Source: an uncultured Gemmatimonadales bacterium
GTDB taxonomy: Bacteria > Gemmatimonadota > Gemmatimonadetes > Gemmatimonadales > GWC2-71-9
Length of the DNA: 64,000 nt
Direction: 5' to 3'
NCBI GenBank assembly: GCA_963779755.1
Contig: CAVZZO010000001.1
Coordinates: forward strand, 896,001 to 960,000
Shown here: positions 13,555-27,395 of the stretch, piece by piece
Layout: each line of letters starts with the position of its first letter
How positions within the stretch are numbered: position 1 is the first letter of the stretch
The notes under the pieces: generated by a model
Seen by the model: the letters and a program-made list of their open reading frames with translations, nothing else
What the model was told of the DNA's origin: nothing
The model's database searches: none
Made by a program: the position numbers and the translations under genes

Positions 13555-15614
13555 TTACATGTAATAGTCGAAGTCGCGCTCGGTGCGCAGCCGCCGGCGA
13601 ATGCGGAAGACGTGGGCCGGCAGGGCCTGGGGGTCGAGCGACACGTAGTTGTGCCGGCCGTGCCAGAGATAGCGGGCCCCGCCCAGCAGGTCGTGCATCT
13701 GGTACTGGCCGTCCGCCTCGAGCCCCAGTTCCTCCAGCGGCAGCTCGATCCAGCCGGCCTGGGTGTGGTGCGGATCGAGGTTCACCACCGTCAGGATCGC
13801 GTTCCCGCCGTCCGGGGCGGTCTTGCTGTAAGCGATGATCGCGTCGTTGTCCACCGGATGGAACCGGAGCGAGTCGTTCCGGTGCAGCGCCGGGTTGTCG
13901 CGCCGGATGGCGTTCATCCGCGCGATCAGCTCCCGGATGTTCCCCGGCTGCTCCAGGTTCCAGTGCCGCAGCTGATACTTCTCCGAATCCAGGTATTCCT
14001 CCGTTCCCGCCACCGCGCGGTGTTCCAGCAGCTCGTAGGCGGGGCCGTAGATGCCGTAACTCGCCCCCAGCGTCGCCGCCAGAATCAGCCGGATCTGGAA
14101 GGCCGGGCGGCCCCCGGTCTGGAGATATTCGTGCAGGATGTCGGGCGTGTTGGTAAACAGGTTGGGCCGCATGTACTCGCGCACCGGCGTCTGCGTCAGC
14201 TCGGTGAGATATTCCTCCAGCTCACCCCGGGTGTTGCGCCAGGTGAAGTAGGTGTAAGACTGGGAGAATCCGGCCTTGGCCAGGTAGCGCATCACCTTGG
14301 GGCGGGTGAACGCCTCGGAGAGAAAGACCGTCTCCGGGTGCCGGGCGCGGACCTCGCCGATGGTCCATTCCCAGAAGGCGAAGGGCTTGGTGTGCGGGTT
14401 ATCCACCCGGAAGATGGTAACCCCATGCTCCACCCAGAACAGCACCACGTCCCGCAGCGCCTCCCAGAGCCCCTTCCAGTCGGGGTTCTCGAAGTTCAGG
14501 GGATAGATATCCTGGTACCTCTTGGGCGGGTTCTCCGCGTACTGAATGGTGCCGTCGGGCCGCCACTTGAACCACTGGGGGTGCTCCTGCACCCAGGGAT
14601 GATCCGGCGTCGCCTGAAAGGCGATGTCCAGCGCGACCTCCAGTCCCAGCCGCCCCGCTTCCTCCACCAGCCGGTCGAAGTCCTCCAGCGTACCCAGCCC
14701 CGGATGGACGGCCGTATGGCCCCCTTCGGCCGCGCCGATACCCCAGGGGCTCCCCACGTCGCCCGGCTCGGTAGTGGGGGTGTTGTTCTTCCCCTTGCGG
14801 AAGGTCGTGCCGATGGGATGGACCGGCGGGAGGTAGAGCACGTCGAACCCCATGGCGGCGACGTAGGGCAGCCGCTTGCGGCAGTCGGCGAGAGTCCCGT
14901 GGCTCCCCGGCTCGTCGGCGCAGGAGCGGGGGAACAACTCGTACCACGCGCCGTAGCGGGCCCGCTCCCGCTCCACCACCAGCGACAGGATGCGGCCATA
15001 GACGGTCGAGCGGCTCCGGTCGGGGTGCCGCGCCATCAGCAGGCCCAGATCGTCCGAGAGGGCGAGCGGGACCCGGTCGGCCTCGGGACGATCGGCGGCG
15101 AGCGCCTCGGCGCGCGCCTCCAGCCACTGGCGATCGGCTGCCTCAGCGCGCCGAGCGGCCTCCCGCACCAGTGCGGCGCCCTCCAGCAGCTCACTCCCGA
15201 CGGCCTGGCCCGCCCCGGCCTTGCGTTCCAGCCCGTGGCGCCAGCCGGCGAAGTGATCCACCCAGGCTTCGAGGGTGAACTCCCAAGGGCCCAGGGTATC
15301 GACCGTAAACCAGCCCTGCCAGCGGTCGTTTACCTGCGGGGCCAGTGGCGCCTCCTGCCAGGCGTCCTCGCCCGGGCCGCGGAAGCGGAGTACCCCGCCG
15401 ATACGGTCGTGACCTTCGGTGAAGATGTCGGCTTCTACCCGGACCAGATCTCCCTCGACCCGTTTGGCCGGGAAGCGGCCGGCGTCCACCTCCGGCGTCA
15501 CGCCTTCGATCACCACGCGGGCGGGAGCTGGGGGAGCGGCACGGGGGGCCGCGCCGCCCTCCGGGGCGGGAGCGGTGGTCGGGCCGGCCGGGCGTCCGGT
15601 TGTTGCGCTTCGGG

Positions 15615-15618
<4 letters not shown>
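13555..15618 (-). CDS. glgE: Alpha-1,4-glucan:maltose-1-phosphate maltosyltransferase
   Basis: [41 protein letters not shown] 15618 overlaps the glgX stop (ATGA). Confidence 0.95.
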
Positions 15619-17774
<2,156 letters not shown>

Positions 17775-17848
17775 GCGTCGTGCAATCTCCCTTGCTTGAC
17801 GTCTCGGCTTTCTCGACTCTGGTGACCTTCGCGATTCTTTCGGCCGCC

Positions 17849-20740
17849 CTACACCGGCCGCAACAGCGCGAACGGCAGCTCGGCGAATGCCGCATCCAGT
17901 GCCAGTACGCCGCCCTCGCCGGCGGAGAGCGTCCGACCGCTGAAGGCATCCTCCCAGGGCCCGGTGCCGAGGCGGCCCGGCAGGGCGACGCGGTTGCCGC
18001 TCCAGGCGGCTCCCGCGGGGACGGCCCGATCGGCGCCCAGCGTGAGGTGGAAACGGGTGCCCAACGCCAGGCAGCTGTCCCCGCCCAGGGAGCGGGCGAA
18101 CGCCAGCACGTGGCGCGCCCGGGGGCCCTCCGCCCCCAGCGCCAGATACTCGCCGTCCTGGAACAGGGCGGGGAACCGCCGGCGTGCGTCCAGCGCCCGG
18201 GCGGTCACGTAGAGTTTGAGCCGGTCGTCTTCGGGATTCCCGGCCAGCCGGCGCACCAGTTCAAGTCGTCCCGACGCTTCCTCCCTCGCCAGGCTGTCGA
18301 GCAGGGCGCGGCGGCGATCGTAGTCCACCGGCTGCCGATTGTCGGGATCGACCAGCGTGAAGGTCCACAGCTCGGTGCCCTGATAGAAGTCCGGTAACCC
18401 GGGCGCGGCGGCCTTCAACACGACCTGGCAGAGCGAAGTCCACAACCCGGGCCTGACCAGGCGCCTCTGCAGGGCCAGCAGGTCGGGCAGAAAGGTGTTG
18501 CCCGGCTCCGGGTCCAGCGCGGCGCTGATGAAGGCCGCCACGGCCTGCTCGTAGCGCTCGTTGGGATTGATCCAGCTGGTGTGGGCCTTGGCTTCCCGCA
18601 GGGCCTTCTGCATATAGGCCTGGATGCGCCGCGAAAAGGCGGGGAGGTCCAGTTCCGCCAGGGGCCAGGCGCCGGCCAGCGTCTGGTACAGCAGGTATTC
18701 CTCGTTGGCGTCGGGCGCCTCGCCGCCGTCGGGCAGGAGCAGGCGGCGGTCCTGGTTCATCTCCCGCCAGCGCAGCACGGCCTGCTCCCATTCCTCCGGC
18801 ATCTCGGCCAGGCCGGCCAGCCGCGCGCGGACATCCTCTCCCCGCTTGGTATCGTGCGTGCTGGTGGCAAGCAGCGTATGGGGCCAGGCCTGCTGCCGCT
18901 CACGATTGGCCGCGTGGAACGCGGCCGGCGAGGCGGCCAGGGCCGCGGGCCCTCCTCCGACTTCGTTCAGCGAGGCCAGCGGGTAGTAGCGGTAGAACGC
19001 GGTGTCTTCCAGTCCCTTGGCCATGACCGGCGCGGTGAGCTGCTGGAAGCGCAGAACGAAGTCCCGCCGGGCCTCCCGCTGCGCGTCGTCCAGCCCCTCC
19101 GGGTCGCGCAGCAGGAGCACGTCGCCGATGAAGCGGAAGATCGAGGCGCTCATGGCCGGATTGCGCCGGATGGCGTCCTCGACCGCCCGCTCGATCACCT
19201 GCTGGTCGCCCGGCTGCACCTGATCGTCGCCGGGGCCTACGTAGGTGCGGTAGACCGGGAATGCGGCAATGATCTCCCGGAGCGCATGCCGCAGCGTGTT
19301 CAGGGTGAAGTCACGGGAGAAGCGGTGCTGCTCGGAAATCCGGTCCAGCCGGCGCGACAGCACCGTGAGCTCGCTCGACATCGAGACCTGCAGCACCAGC
19401 CGCCGCGCGCCGGAGAGCAGGTCGGCGAAAGACTCGGTCTGCCCCGTCAGACGGCGGTAGCCCAGGCGCACCGCCTCGAGCCCGTCCGGATCGGTGAAGA
19501 CGCCATTCAGGAGCGCCAGGAATTCATAGCCGGTGGTGCCCGCCGTGGGCCAGTCGGGGCGCAGGCGTTCGTCGCCGGTGAGAATCTTCTCCACCACCAG
19601 GTAGAACGGCCGGCCGCCCGGACCGGCCAGCTCCCGCTGCACCGCCTCCAGGTACCCCGCCGGATCCAGCAGGCCGTCGATATGATCGATCCGCAAGCCG
19701 GTGACCAGCCCTTCCCGTGCCAGCCGGAAGCTCAGCTCGTGCACCGCGGCGAAGACTTCCGGCTCTTCCACCCGGGTCGCGGCCAGCTCGTTGATGTCGA
19801 AGAACCGGCGATAGTTGATCTCATCGGTGGCCACCCGCCAGAAGGCGAGCCGGTAGGCCTGTTCCGCGAGCACCGCCTCCAGCCGGTCGAAGCTGCGCGG
19901 CTCTCCCCGGCGGCCGTTGATCCGGCGCAGCGAGGCCGCCAGCGCCCGGCCCACCTCAGGCTCGCCGGCGAGCGCCTCCAGCCGCTGTTTGATGATCTCT
20001 TTTTCGCGCTGCCGCTCCCGTACCCGGGCAGCGTTGGTCTCGGCCCGGGGCGGCAGGTTGCGGATGGCGGTAAGAATGCTCTCCAGTTCCAGTACCCGGC
20101 TGTCCGCATCGCCCAGGCGCGTCCGGAGCTCGGCTGCGACGGGCTGCAGGAGACTGGACCAGGTCTTGGGCGCCAGGGGCAGCTCCCTGTCCCAATAGCG
20201 CACTGAAAACGCGCCGTCGCGATATTCCACCTGCAGTTCGCCGCTCTCCAGAATGCGGCCGTACTGGTCGCCCAGAATGGGAAGCAGAACCTTGTCGGCC
20301 AGGTCGGGCTTGGGCGGCCGCCAGTCGATATCGAAAAACCGGGCATAGGGCGAGCTGGGGCCGTTCTCCAGCACGTCGGCCCACCACTGGTTGCCCGGAT
20401 CGGCGATGCACATGTGGTTGGGAACCACATCGAGTATCAGCCCCATTCCCCGTTCCCGGAGGGCCCGGGCCAGCTCGTGCAGCGCCTGTTCGGTGCCGAT
20501 CTCCGGGTTGATCCGGCCGTGGTCCACCACATCGTATCCATGCAGGCTGCCGGGACGGGCGGTCAGCAGCGGCGAGGCGTAGACGTCGCTGATGCCCAGC
20601 CGGTCGAGATAGGCGAGGATCTCCCCCGCCGCGGCGAGGGTGAAGTCCCGATTGAATTGCAGGCGGTAGGTGGCGCCCGGTACCCGGAGCGGCCGCCGGG
20701 CGGCGGCGTGAGGACGTTCCAGCGCGGCAGGCGCGATCAC
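17849..20740 (-). CDS. treY: Malto-oligosyltrehalose synthase
   Basis: [50 protein letters not shown]. Start placed at GTG 20740; the longer ORF extension is antisense to the next gene. Confidence 0.93.
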   Translation of the reverse strand: MIAPAALERPHAAARRPLRVPGATYRLQFNRDFTLAAAGEILAYLDRLGISDVYASPLLTARPGSLHGYDVVDHGRINPEIGTEQALHELARALRERGMGLILDVVPNHMCIADPGNQWWADVLENGPSSPYARFFDIDWRPPKPDLADKVLLPILGDQYGRILESGELQVEYRDGAFSVRYWDRELPLAPKTWSSLLQPVAAELRTRLGDADSRVLELESILTAIRNLPPRAETNAARVRERQREKEIIKQRLEALAGEPEVGRALAASLRRINGRRGEPRSFDRLEAVLAEQAYRLAFWRVATDEINYRRFFDINELAATRVEEPEVFAAVHELSFRLAREGLVTGLRIDHIDGLLDPAGYLEAVQRELAGPGGRPFYLVVEKILTGDERLRPDWPTAGTTGYEFLALLNGVFTDPDGLEAVRLGYRRLTGQTESFADLLSGARRLVLQVSMSSELTVLSRRLDRISEQHRFSRDFTLNTLRHALREIIAAFPVYRTYVGPGDDQVQPGDQQVIERAVEDAIRRNPAMSASIFRFIGDVLLLRDPEGLDDAQREARRDFVLRFQQLTAPVMAKGLEDTAFYRYYPLASLNEVGGGPAALAASPAAFHAANRERQQAWPHTLLATSTHDTKRGEDVRARLAGLAEMPEEWEQAVLRWREMNQDRRLLLPDGGEAPDANEEYLLYQTLAGAWPLAELDLPAFSRRIQAYMQKALREAKAHTSWINPNERYEQAVAAFISAALDPEPGNTFLPDLLALQRRLVRPGLWTSLCQVVLKAAAPGLPDFYQGTELWTFTLVDPDNRQPVDYDRRRALLDSLAREEASGRLELVRRLAGNPEDDRLKLYVTARALDARRRFPALFQDGEYLALGAEGPRARHVLAFARSLGGDSCLALGTRFHLTLGADRAVPAGAAWSGNRVALPGRLGTGPWEDAFSGRTLSAGEGGVLALDAAFAELPFALLRPV

Positions 20741-20986
20741 GCGTCCGCCCCGTCGGGGCAGGCGAGAGGAGGTAGCCGGAAAGCGCCGGTGTACGCCGGC
20801 GGCTGAACTGCCAGGCACATAGCGGATCGCGAACTCCGAAATGATGGGGCGGCCGAAAAACAGGTCCCTTTCAATAGTACACCCCTCGAGGGGCGGGAAT
20901 GCGTGCGGCAGCGCACATTTGATGCAAACGACTGACTGGCAATATCTTGGGATGGTCCTGCCCCGGCCCGCTCCACCGGAGATCAC

Positions 20987-22639
20987 ATGGCCCGAGCCCG
21001 CCCCGCCGCCGCCCTCATGCTGGGTGTCGCCCTCGCGCTGGCAGCCTATCTGGCGCGGCTCGATTCGCTCAATATCCCTTCGATCGGCGATGAGCCGCTC
21101 TATCTGCAGATCACCCGCGTCACCGCCAACAGCGGGTATTGGCTGCCCCTGCGCTCCGAGGCCGGCATCAACGACACCAAGCCGCCTCTCCTCTTCTGGC
21201 AGGGGATCGTGGCTACCGGCGGTGGTCGGCACTGGAACCTCTGGCGGCTCCGGCTGCCCATCGTGCTCTACTCGCTGCTCACCGCCCTGGCCGCCGGGGT
21301 CCTGGCCGCCCGCCTCTCCGGCAGGGCGAGCCGGGGAGTGCTGGCGGGCCTCATCTTCCTCGGCGCGTTTTCCACCTTTCAGCAGGGCCGGCCGGTCCTG
21401 ACCAATGCGCCCGAGACATTCTTCCTCTTCCTGCCGCTGGTGTTCCTGCTCCAGGCCGGCCGGTGGAGTTGGGGCCTCGCCCTGACGGCCGGGCTTCTGG
21501 CCGGCATCGCCGCGCTCTACAAGTCGTTCTTTCTCATTGTCCCCCTCACCCTTGCCCTGGCCCTCATCCTGTGGAGCCGGCGGGAGAGCGCCCCGGAGTT
21601 CTTCCGGCGGGAGGTGCCACGCCTTGCCGTCGCGGCGCTCCTCGGCCTGGGAATCTTCGGGCTGTGGTTCCTGCTCGATCCCCGCCCCGGCCTCATCCTG
21701 CGTTCGTTCGTCCTGGGCGAGAACGCCGGCAAATTCCGGCTGAGCGGATATCCCGCCGGTCTTTTCGGCGGCACCTATCCGCTGACCCGGATCTGGCTGG
21801 GCGATTTCCTGAACCTGGGCTTCTACGCGTTCGTGCTGGCGGGACTGGTCTGGGTGGCGCTGCGCTACTGGCGCCGGCCGCCGGAAGCGGAAGGCCTGAG
21901 CCGGGAAGAAAAGGACCTCTGGCGTTATGTGCTGGCTTTTCTGTTGGTATACAGCCTGCCGAGCCAGCGGCAGGAGAACTACATCCTGCCCACGGTGGCC
22001 GCGCTGGCCGTGCTGCTGGCGCTGCGGTGGGAGCGGATCCCCCCGATCTGGCACCGCCTGACGCTTGCGGCCGCCGGGCTGGGCCTGGTGCTGGCGTTCT
22101 GGGCCATGATCGGAATCGGGCGCACCGTGCCGGACGCGGGCTATTCGGCGGGAGACTACCTGCTGGTGGGCTCACTGCTGGCGCTGGCCGTCTTCGGGTT
22201 GACCTCGATCGAGCGGACCCGGGCGCTCACTCCCGCGGTGGTCTGCGGTATGCTGGTCACCATCGGTGTGGCCCTGACTCCCTTCGACCAACCCTTCCGT
22301 CCCGTGGCCGGCGGCCCCGGGCTGGCGCCGCTGGCGGGACGGACCGTCTTCGTCCCTTCCAACTTCGCGGCCCGGGAAGAACGCTTCCGCTTCCTGCTTC
22401 CCGGGGTGGAGATCCAGCCCTACAACAGCCGTGAGCCTGGGAGGGGAGAGGAGCTGTTCCGCCAGGGTAAGACCGTAGCCCGGATCCTGCCGCCCGGCGC
22501 CCCCCCCGATACCGGGGCGACGGCCTTCGGCGAGAAATACGAAATCCGGACCCGCCGGCCCAATGCGGAGATCCGCCGGATCATCTTCGGAGGGGAGTGG
22601 AACCTGCTGGCGGGGAAGCTGGTGATCGAACAGCGGTGA
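20987..22639 (+). CDS. ArnT/PMT-like (GT39/83) membrane glycosyltransferase
   Basis: GDEPLY and TKPPLLFW motifs; many TM helices. Confidence 0.8.
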   Translation: MARARPAAALMLGVALALAAYLARLDSLNIPSIGDEPLYLQITRVTANSGYWLPLRSEAGINDTKPPLLFWQGIVATGGGRHWNLWRLRLPIVLYSLLTALAAGVLAARLSGRASRGVLAGLIFLGAFSTFQQGRPVLTNAPETFFLFLPLVFLLQAGRWSWGLALTAGLLAGIAALYKSFFLIVPLTLALALILWSRRESAPEFFRREVPRLAVAALLGLGIFGLWFLLDPRPGLILRSFVLGENAGKFRLSGYPAGLFGGTYPLTRIWLGDFLNLGFYAFVLAGLVWVALRYWRRPPEAEGLSREEKDLWRYVLAFLLVYSLPSQRQENYILPTVAALAVLLALRWERIPPIWHRLTLAAAGLGLVLAFWAMIGIGRTVPDAGYSAGDYLLVGSLLALAVFGLTSIERTRALTPAVVCGMLVTIGVALTPFDQPFRPVAGGPGLAPLAGRTVFVPSNFAAREERFRFLLPGVEIQPYNSREPGRGEELFRQGKTVARILPPGAPPDTGATAFGEKYEIRTRRPNAEIRRIIFGGEWNLLAGKLVIEQR

Positions 22640-22660
22640 ATAGCGGTAAGGGGTCAGGTG

Positions 22661-22702
22661 TGAGGCGTAAGGCGGCGTGCAGGACCACGCCTTACGCCTC
22701 GC
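22661..22702. terminator. Hairpin between convergent genes, built from heptamer repeats
   Basis: TGAGGCGTAAGGCG ... CGCCTTACGCCTCG inverted pair. Confidence 0.5.
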
Positions 22703-22910
22703 TTTCCAGGACCTTCCGGGCTTCGTCGGCGTCCTCCGCCCGCACGGCGAGTTTCACTTCCTGCAGGAAATCGAGGGACGGCAGCATGCCTCCGGCGTCG
22801 TCGCGGATCAGGATGGCGTCGATACCGTTGGACTGCAGCACCGCCTGCGCCACCTGGGCCTCGTGTTCCCACCCGTAGCGGCCGACCACCACGATGCCTT
22901 CGTTGCTCAC
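22692..22910 (-). CDS. DUF2007-family small protein
   Basis: EAQVAQAVLQSNGID..V.L.V..ED...A..L pattern. Confidence 0.75.
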   Translation of the reverse strand: MSNEGIVVVGRYGWEHEAQVAQAVLQSNGIDAILIRDDAGGMLPSLDFLQEVKLAVRAEDADEARKVLESEA

Positions 22911-23126
22911 GCGTCCTCGCTTCCCTGTTCAGCGTCGGGGAGCCGGCCACACTGCCGGTTGGGCCTTACGGCGAATATCAGCCCGTGAAGTATATCATGG
23001 CCCGGGTGCAGGAGGATTCCCGAGAGGCCAGGTGCCGGCGGGGTGCGGCCGGAGGAATGCTTCCACCCCTTGCTGCAGCGACCTGCACGGTCGATACTCC
23101 AGCCTTTCCTCCCCGGGATTCCACCG

Positions 23127-24776
23127 ATGCTTCGACCGGCTCTTTGCGGGCTGCTGCTCCTCGCTCCGGGCGTTCTTCTGGCCCAGGACACCACGACCTA
23201 CACCCACGCGGACTCGCTGCGCGGGTCCCTGACCAGCCCGGCGCGGACCTGGTGGGACGTGACCTTCTACGATCTCCAGGTGCGCATCAACCCGGCCGAC
23301 AGCAGCATCGCGGGCTCCAACGCCATCAGTTACCGGGTGCAGGGCCGCCCCCGGGAGATGCAGATCGACCTGCAGGAGCCGTTGGTGGTGGACAGCATGG
23401 TGCAGGACGGCAGGGCGGTACGCTACCGGCGCGACGGCAATGCCTTCTTGGCCGCCGTCACCTCACGCCAGCGGGTGGGAGAGGTGCGGACCATTACGGT
23501 GTACTACCACGGGCGCCCGCGGGTGGCGAAGCGGCCGCCCTGGGACGGTGGCTTCAGCTGGGGCCGGGACAGCCTGGGCACCCCCTGGATCGTCACTACC
23601 GACCAGGGGCTCGGCGCCAGCGTCTGGTGGCCCAACAAGGACGTGCAGGCCGACGAGCCGGACAGCCAGCGCATTGCGCTCACCCTGCCCGATCCGCTGG
23701 TGGATGTTTCCAACGGGCGCCTGCGCGCCGTCGAACCGCACCCCGACGGGACCACCACCTGGGAATGGTTCGTCACCAATCCGATCAACAACTACGCCAT
23801 CGCGGTGGCCGCGGGTGATTACACCCATTACAGCGGGATCTACCGGGGTGAACGGGGGCCGCTCACTCTCGACTTCTGGCCCCTCTCTTACCATCTCACC
23901 GCCGCCCGGCACCAGTGGGCCCAGGTTCCGGCCATGCTGCAGTGCTTCGAACACTGGTTCGGCCCCTACCCCTGGTACGAAGACGGCTACAAGCTGGTCG
24001 AGGTCTCCAACAACGGCATGGAGCATCAGAGCGCCGTGGCCTACGGCAACGGGTTCTCCAACGGGTACCGGGGCGCCGACTGGTCGCGCACCGGGCTGGG
24101 CATGCTCTGGGATTTCATCATCGTGCACGAGAGTGCCCACGAATGGTTCGGCAACAACATCACCGCGAAGGACAATGCCGACATGTGGGTGCACGAGGGG
24201 TTCGCCAACTACGCAGAAGGGCTCTACGTGGAATGCCGGTTCGGGAAGGAAGCGGGCGCGCGCTACATCCGGGGGAACCGCAACTGGATCAAGAATGACA
24301 CGCCTATCGTGCCCGCCTACGGCGTGAACGGCAGCGGCTCCGGCGACATGTACCCCAAGGGCGGGAACATGCTGCATACCATCCGGCAGATCGTAGGGAA
24401 CGACTCCACCTGGCGCGCCACCCTGCGGGGGCTGAACCACACCTTCTGGCATCAGACGGTGACCGGCCGGCAGGTGGAGGACTACCTGAGCAAACAGGCT
24501 GGAGTGGCTCTGAGCAGGGTGTTCCAGCAGTATCTCACGACCACCATGGTGCCGGTGCTGGAATACCGGATTGGCGGCGATTCGCTGGCCTACCGCTGGG
24601 CCGACGTCGTGCCGGGCTTCGACATGCCGCTGGATGTGACCACCAGCGGAGATTCCACCTACACCACCCGGCTCCATCCGACGGAGAACTGGCAGTCGCT
24701 GCGTGTGACCCTGACCGACCCGACGCGGTTCAGGGTGGATCCGGATTACTACGTGAAGGCCAAGGCGGTGAACTAG
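23127..24776 (+). CDS. Secreted M1-family metallo-aminopeptidase
   Basis: Signal peptide; GMEHQ; HESAHEWFGN-x-WVHEG (HExxH-x18-E). Confidence 0.92.
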   Translation: MLRPALCGLLLLAPGVLLAQDTTTYTHADSLRGSLTSPARTWWDVTFYDLQVRINPADSSIAGSNAISYRVQGRPREMQIDLQEPLVVDSMVQDGRAVRYRRDGNAFLAAVTSRQRVGEVRTITVYYHGRPRVAKRPPWDGGFSWGRDSLGTPWIVTTDQGLGASVWWPNKDVQADEPDSQRIALTLPDPLVDVSNGRLRAVEPHPDGTTTWEWFVTNPINNYAIAVAAGDYTHYSGIYRGERGPLTLDFWPLSYHLTAARHQWAQVPAMLQCFEHWFGPYPWYEDGYKLVEVSNNGMEHQSAVAYGNGFSNGYRGADWSRTGLGMLWDFIIVHESAHEWFGNNITAKDNADMWVHEGFANYAEGLYVECRFGKEAGARYIRGNRNWIKNDTPIVPAYGVNGSGSGDMYPKGGNMLHTIRQIVGNDSTWRATLRGLNHTFWHQTVTGRQVEDYLSKQAGVALSRVFQQYLTTTMVPVLEYRIGGDSLAYRWADVVPGFDMPLDVTTSGDSTYTTRLHPTENWQSLRVTLTDPTRFRVDPDYYVKAKAVN

Positions 24777-24846
24777 GAGACCGGCCTACCCCCGGACCCC
24801 GGCAGTCATCGTGACAGCATTCTCCGGCTCCGGCCGCGGGAAACGG

Positions 24847-25197
24847 TCAGGCCAGCACCCGCCAGATCAGAACCAGCCCCGCCAGCACCAGGGCCGCCAC
24901 CATCCACACGACCCATCCCCGCATCCCCCGCCCCAGCTGCTTTCCCAGGCCGCCAACCTCGGCCACCCCCGCCGCCGTCAGGGCGTAGCGCCGGCCCTCA
25001 CCCGGAAAGGGCTCGATCCAGCCGGCGCCGTGCCAGGCCGCCTGCACCACCCGGTCCTGCCGCGCGATCTCGGAGCCGAGAAAGAGATCGCCGAAGAGCG
25101 GCTCCAGGTTCACCGGCAATCCGGGAGCCAGGGGGCGCCCGCTCCGGCGGAGAGCCTCCGCCATGTAGTCCACCACATCACGCGGCGTCTCGAGCAT
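24847..25197 (-). CDS. Hypothetical protein with C-terminal TM helix
   Basis: Co-directional with selD; 3-nt gap to the upstream gene. Confidence 0.6.
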   Translation of the reverse strand: MLETPRDVVDYMAEALRRSGRPLAPGLPVNLEPLFGDLFLGSEIARQDRVVQAAWHGAGWIEPFPGEGRRYALTAAGVAEVGGLGKQLGRGMRGWVVWMVAALVLAGLVLIWRVLA

Positions 25198-25200
25198 GAC

Positions 25201-25416
25201 CTATTCCACGATCTGAAACTGTTCCAGCTCGTCGAGCACGAACGTCAGCTCCTCGCCCGTCATCGGCAGCACCCCCACCACGGCGTCGCGCCGGTTGACC
25301 GATGTCATCCGCACCGGCGTCACCACATACTCCGTCCCCCGGCGATACAGCGCGATCCGCCGCCGCTGCCGTATGGCACGCTCCAGTTGATCTATCCGGG
25401 TGACGGTCCAGCGCAT
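25201..25416 (-). CDS. Small hypothetical protein (possible WYL/SH3-like fold)
   Basis: LERAIRQRRRIALYRRG..YVVTP pattern; plausible codon usage. Confidence 0.6.
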   Translation of the reverse strand: MRWTVTRIDQLERAIRQRRRIALYRRGTEYVVTPVRMTSVNRRDAVVGVLPMTGEELTFVLDELEQFQIVE

Positions 25417-25420
25417 ACGG

Positions 25421-25525
25421 GGAGTCAGGATTCAGGAGTCAGGAGTCAGGGGACCACCCTGAGTTCAACCTTCGACCTTCGACCTTGACCGACGACGGCG
25501 ATTCCCGACTCGCGACTAGCGACTC
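25421..25525. repeat. Mixed heptamer tandem repeats (GGAGTCA, TTCGACC, GCGACTA)
   Basis: ggagtca ggattca ggagtca ggagtca; ttcaacc ttcgacc ttcgacc; cgactcg cgactag cgactca. Confidence 0.8.
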
Positions 25526-26571
25526 ACCACCACCGCACTCCCTGCCGTCACCGTCCCGATCACCGCCCGGGCCGGCGTGCGCTCCGCCTCCAGCCTCTCC
25601 AGCAGCTCGTCCAGCCGCTCCGGCGCAACCGCCAGCAGCAGGCCGCCCGAGGTCTGGGCGTCGGTGAGCAGGAGTCGCTCGGGTTCGGTGATCTCGGGGG
25701 ACCAGGTCACCTCCTCTGCCGCAGTGTAATTGCGGCGGGTGCCCCCCGGAACCGCGTCCCGGGCCGCCAGGTCCAGGGCCCCCGGCAACAGCGGCACGTC
25801 CCGCTGGTGTATCTCCGCGCCGGTGCCGCTGGCGCGGAGAATGTTGCCCAGGTGCCCCAGCAGCCCGAACCCGGTGATGTCCGTTGCGCAGCGCACGCCG
25901 CAGGCCAGGGCCGCCCGCATGGCGCCGTCGTTCAGCGCGCGCATACTTGCCACCGCTGCCGCCAGGCCCGCCTCGTCGATCAGGTCGCGCTTGAAGGCCG
26001 TGGCCAGAATGCCGGTTCCCAGCGGCTTGGTGAGCACCAGCCGGTCGCCCGGACGTGCGCCTGCGTTGGTCAGCAGCCGCGCCGGGTGCGCCTCCCCGAT
26101 CACGCAGAGGCCGAATTTGGGCTCGGGATCGTCCACCGAGTGGCCGCCCAGGACCAGGCAGCCGGCCTGCCGGCAGACGGCGCCCGCGCCCTGCAGCACC
26201 TCGCCCAGCAGGTCCAGCGGGAGGACGTCGCGCGGCCAGCCCACCAGGTTGAGGGCCAGCAGGGGAGTGCCGCCCATGGCGTAGATATCGCTCAGCGCGT
26301 TGGCCGCCGCGATGGCGCCCCACGCCGAGGGGTCGTCCACGATGGGCGTGAAGAAATCCACCGTCGCGATGAGCGCGCGGTCGTCGCTCAGCTGGAAGAC
26401 GGCCGCATCATCGTGCGTGGCGGCATCCACCAGCACTCTCGGATCCACCGAGCCGGGGACATGGCGCAGGACCTGCGCCAGCTCGGCGGCGCCGAGCTTG
26501 CACGCTCAGCCCGCGCCGTGCGAAAGCGAGCTGAGCCGGATGCGGGGACGGGCGTCGGAGGTCGAGTCCAT
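25516..26571 (-). CDS. selD: Selenophosphate synthetase, selenocysteine-containing (UGA at codon 22)
   Basis: ATG 26571 MDSTSDARPRIRLSSLSHGAG-TGA(26508-26506)-ACKLG, continuing in frame into DDAAV, TVDFFTPIVDDP, NALSDIYAMGG, GGHS, TDITGFGLLGH, QTSGGLL. Confidence 0.93.
26462..26505 (-). promoter_or_regulatory. Putative bacterial SECIS hairpin(s)
   Basis: Downstream of the UGA: AGCUCGGC-GCC-GCCGAGCU and UGGCGCAG-GUC-CUGCGCCA (GU-starting loop ~34 nt after UGA). Confidence 0.6.
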
Positions 26572-26602
26572 GTTCTCTGGGAGATCGAAGGAGTAGCTTC
26601 TT

Positions 26603-26687
26603 GTCCTGCCGTCCTGCCGTCCTGCCGTCCTGCCGTCCTGCCGTCCTGCCGTCCTGCCGTCCTGCCGTCCTGCCGTCCTGCCGTCCT
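26603..26687. repeat. Perfect octamer tandem repeat (GTCCTGCC) x~10.5
   Basis: Directly visible between selD and its upstream gene. Confidence 0.95.
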
Positions 26688-27309
26688 ATTCAGGAAACGC
26701 CACCGCCGATTCGATTGTGGTCGGTTTTTCCGCCGCCTCCGACTCCACCGTGAGGCGGAAGAGGAGCCGTTTACGGGCCGCATCCATGGACCGGATGGTG
26801 GTGCGGTAGGCCGCAGCCCCCCGAACGGTGAAGGGCGTCGGCGCCAGGCGGCGCGCCGTCCGCTGCCGCAGGTCGAGGGCCCAGAGTCCGCCGTCAGCGC
26901 CGCGGGACGAGGTGCCGACGAACAGCAGGCGCCGGTCGGGCGACCAGCAGAGGCTGGTGACGTTGCCGCCCCAGGTGGAGTCGCGCCACCAGCGGTTCGA
27001 GCGGCTCCAGGAGGCGGTTTCGGAGTCGGGACTGAGCGGCGCCACGTATCCCACCATCATGGGCGTGCCGTATCCCGTGGCGTTGGGCGTCACCACCACT
27101 CCGAAGGGCCCGCCGGGTTGCCGGAACAGCACTGGTGCCTTTGGCTGTACCAGGCAGTGCCGCTGCGCGGCCAGCGGTGCCGCGGCCAGAAAAAGAAGCG
27201 TCAGGCCAGTCCCGGCAGGCCGAAAAAGCCGGCTCCCGGCGACGACGCGAAGGGTGCCACGAATACCCGCCCCTGCAGGCACCGGTGATTTCCGGAGCGG
27301 GGAAGCCAT
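26686..27309 (-). CDS. Hypothetical secreted protein
   Basis: Hydrophobic signal ending LAAQ; WSPD..LLFVGT WD40-like blade. Start uncertain. Confidence 0.55.
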   Translation of the reverse strand: MASPLRKSPVPAGAGIRGTLRVVAGSRLFRPAGTGLTLLFLAAAPLAAQRHCLVQPKAPVLFRQPGGPFGVVVTPNATGYGTPMMVGYVAPLSPDSETASWSRSNRWWRDSTWGGNVTSLCWSPDRRLLFVGTSSRGADGGLWALDLRQRTARRLAPTPFTVRGAAAYRTTIRSMDAARKRLLFRLTVESEAAEKPTTIESAVAFPE

Positions 27310-27395
27310 GTTCCGGCCGATGTGGTTCCGAGATTCCCTCGACGGCATTGATTCCTCGCGTCCTTCGCGTCGTTCGCGTCTTTGCGGTGAGTGCG

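Noticed and set aside
17849..22054. 1401-aa TreY with a long N-terminal extension
   Set aside because: The extension is the antisense shadow of the ArnT-like gene; TreY motifs begin near 20740
26506..26508. selD as a nonsense pseudogene
   Set aside because: The UGA falls exactly on the catalytic Cys/Sec codon and is followed by SECIS-like hairpins
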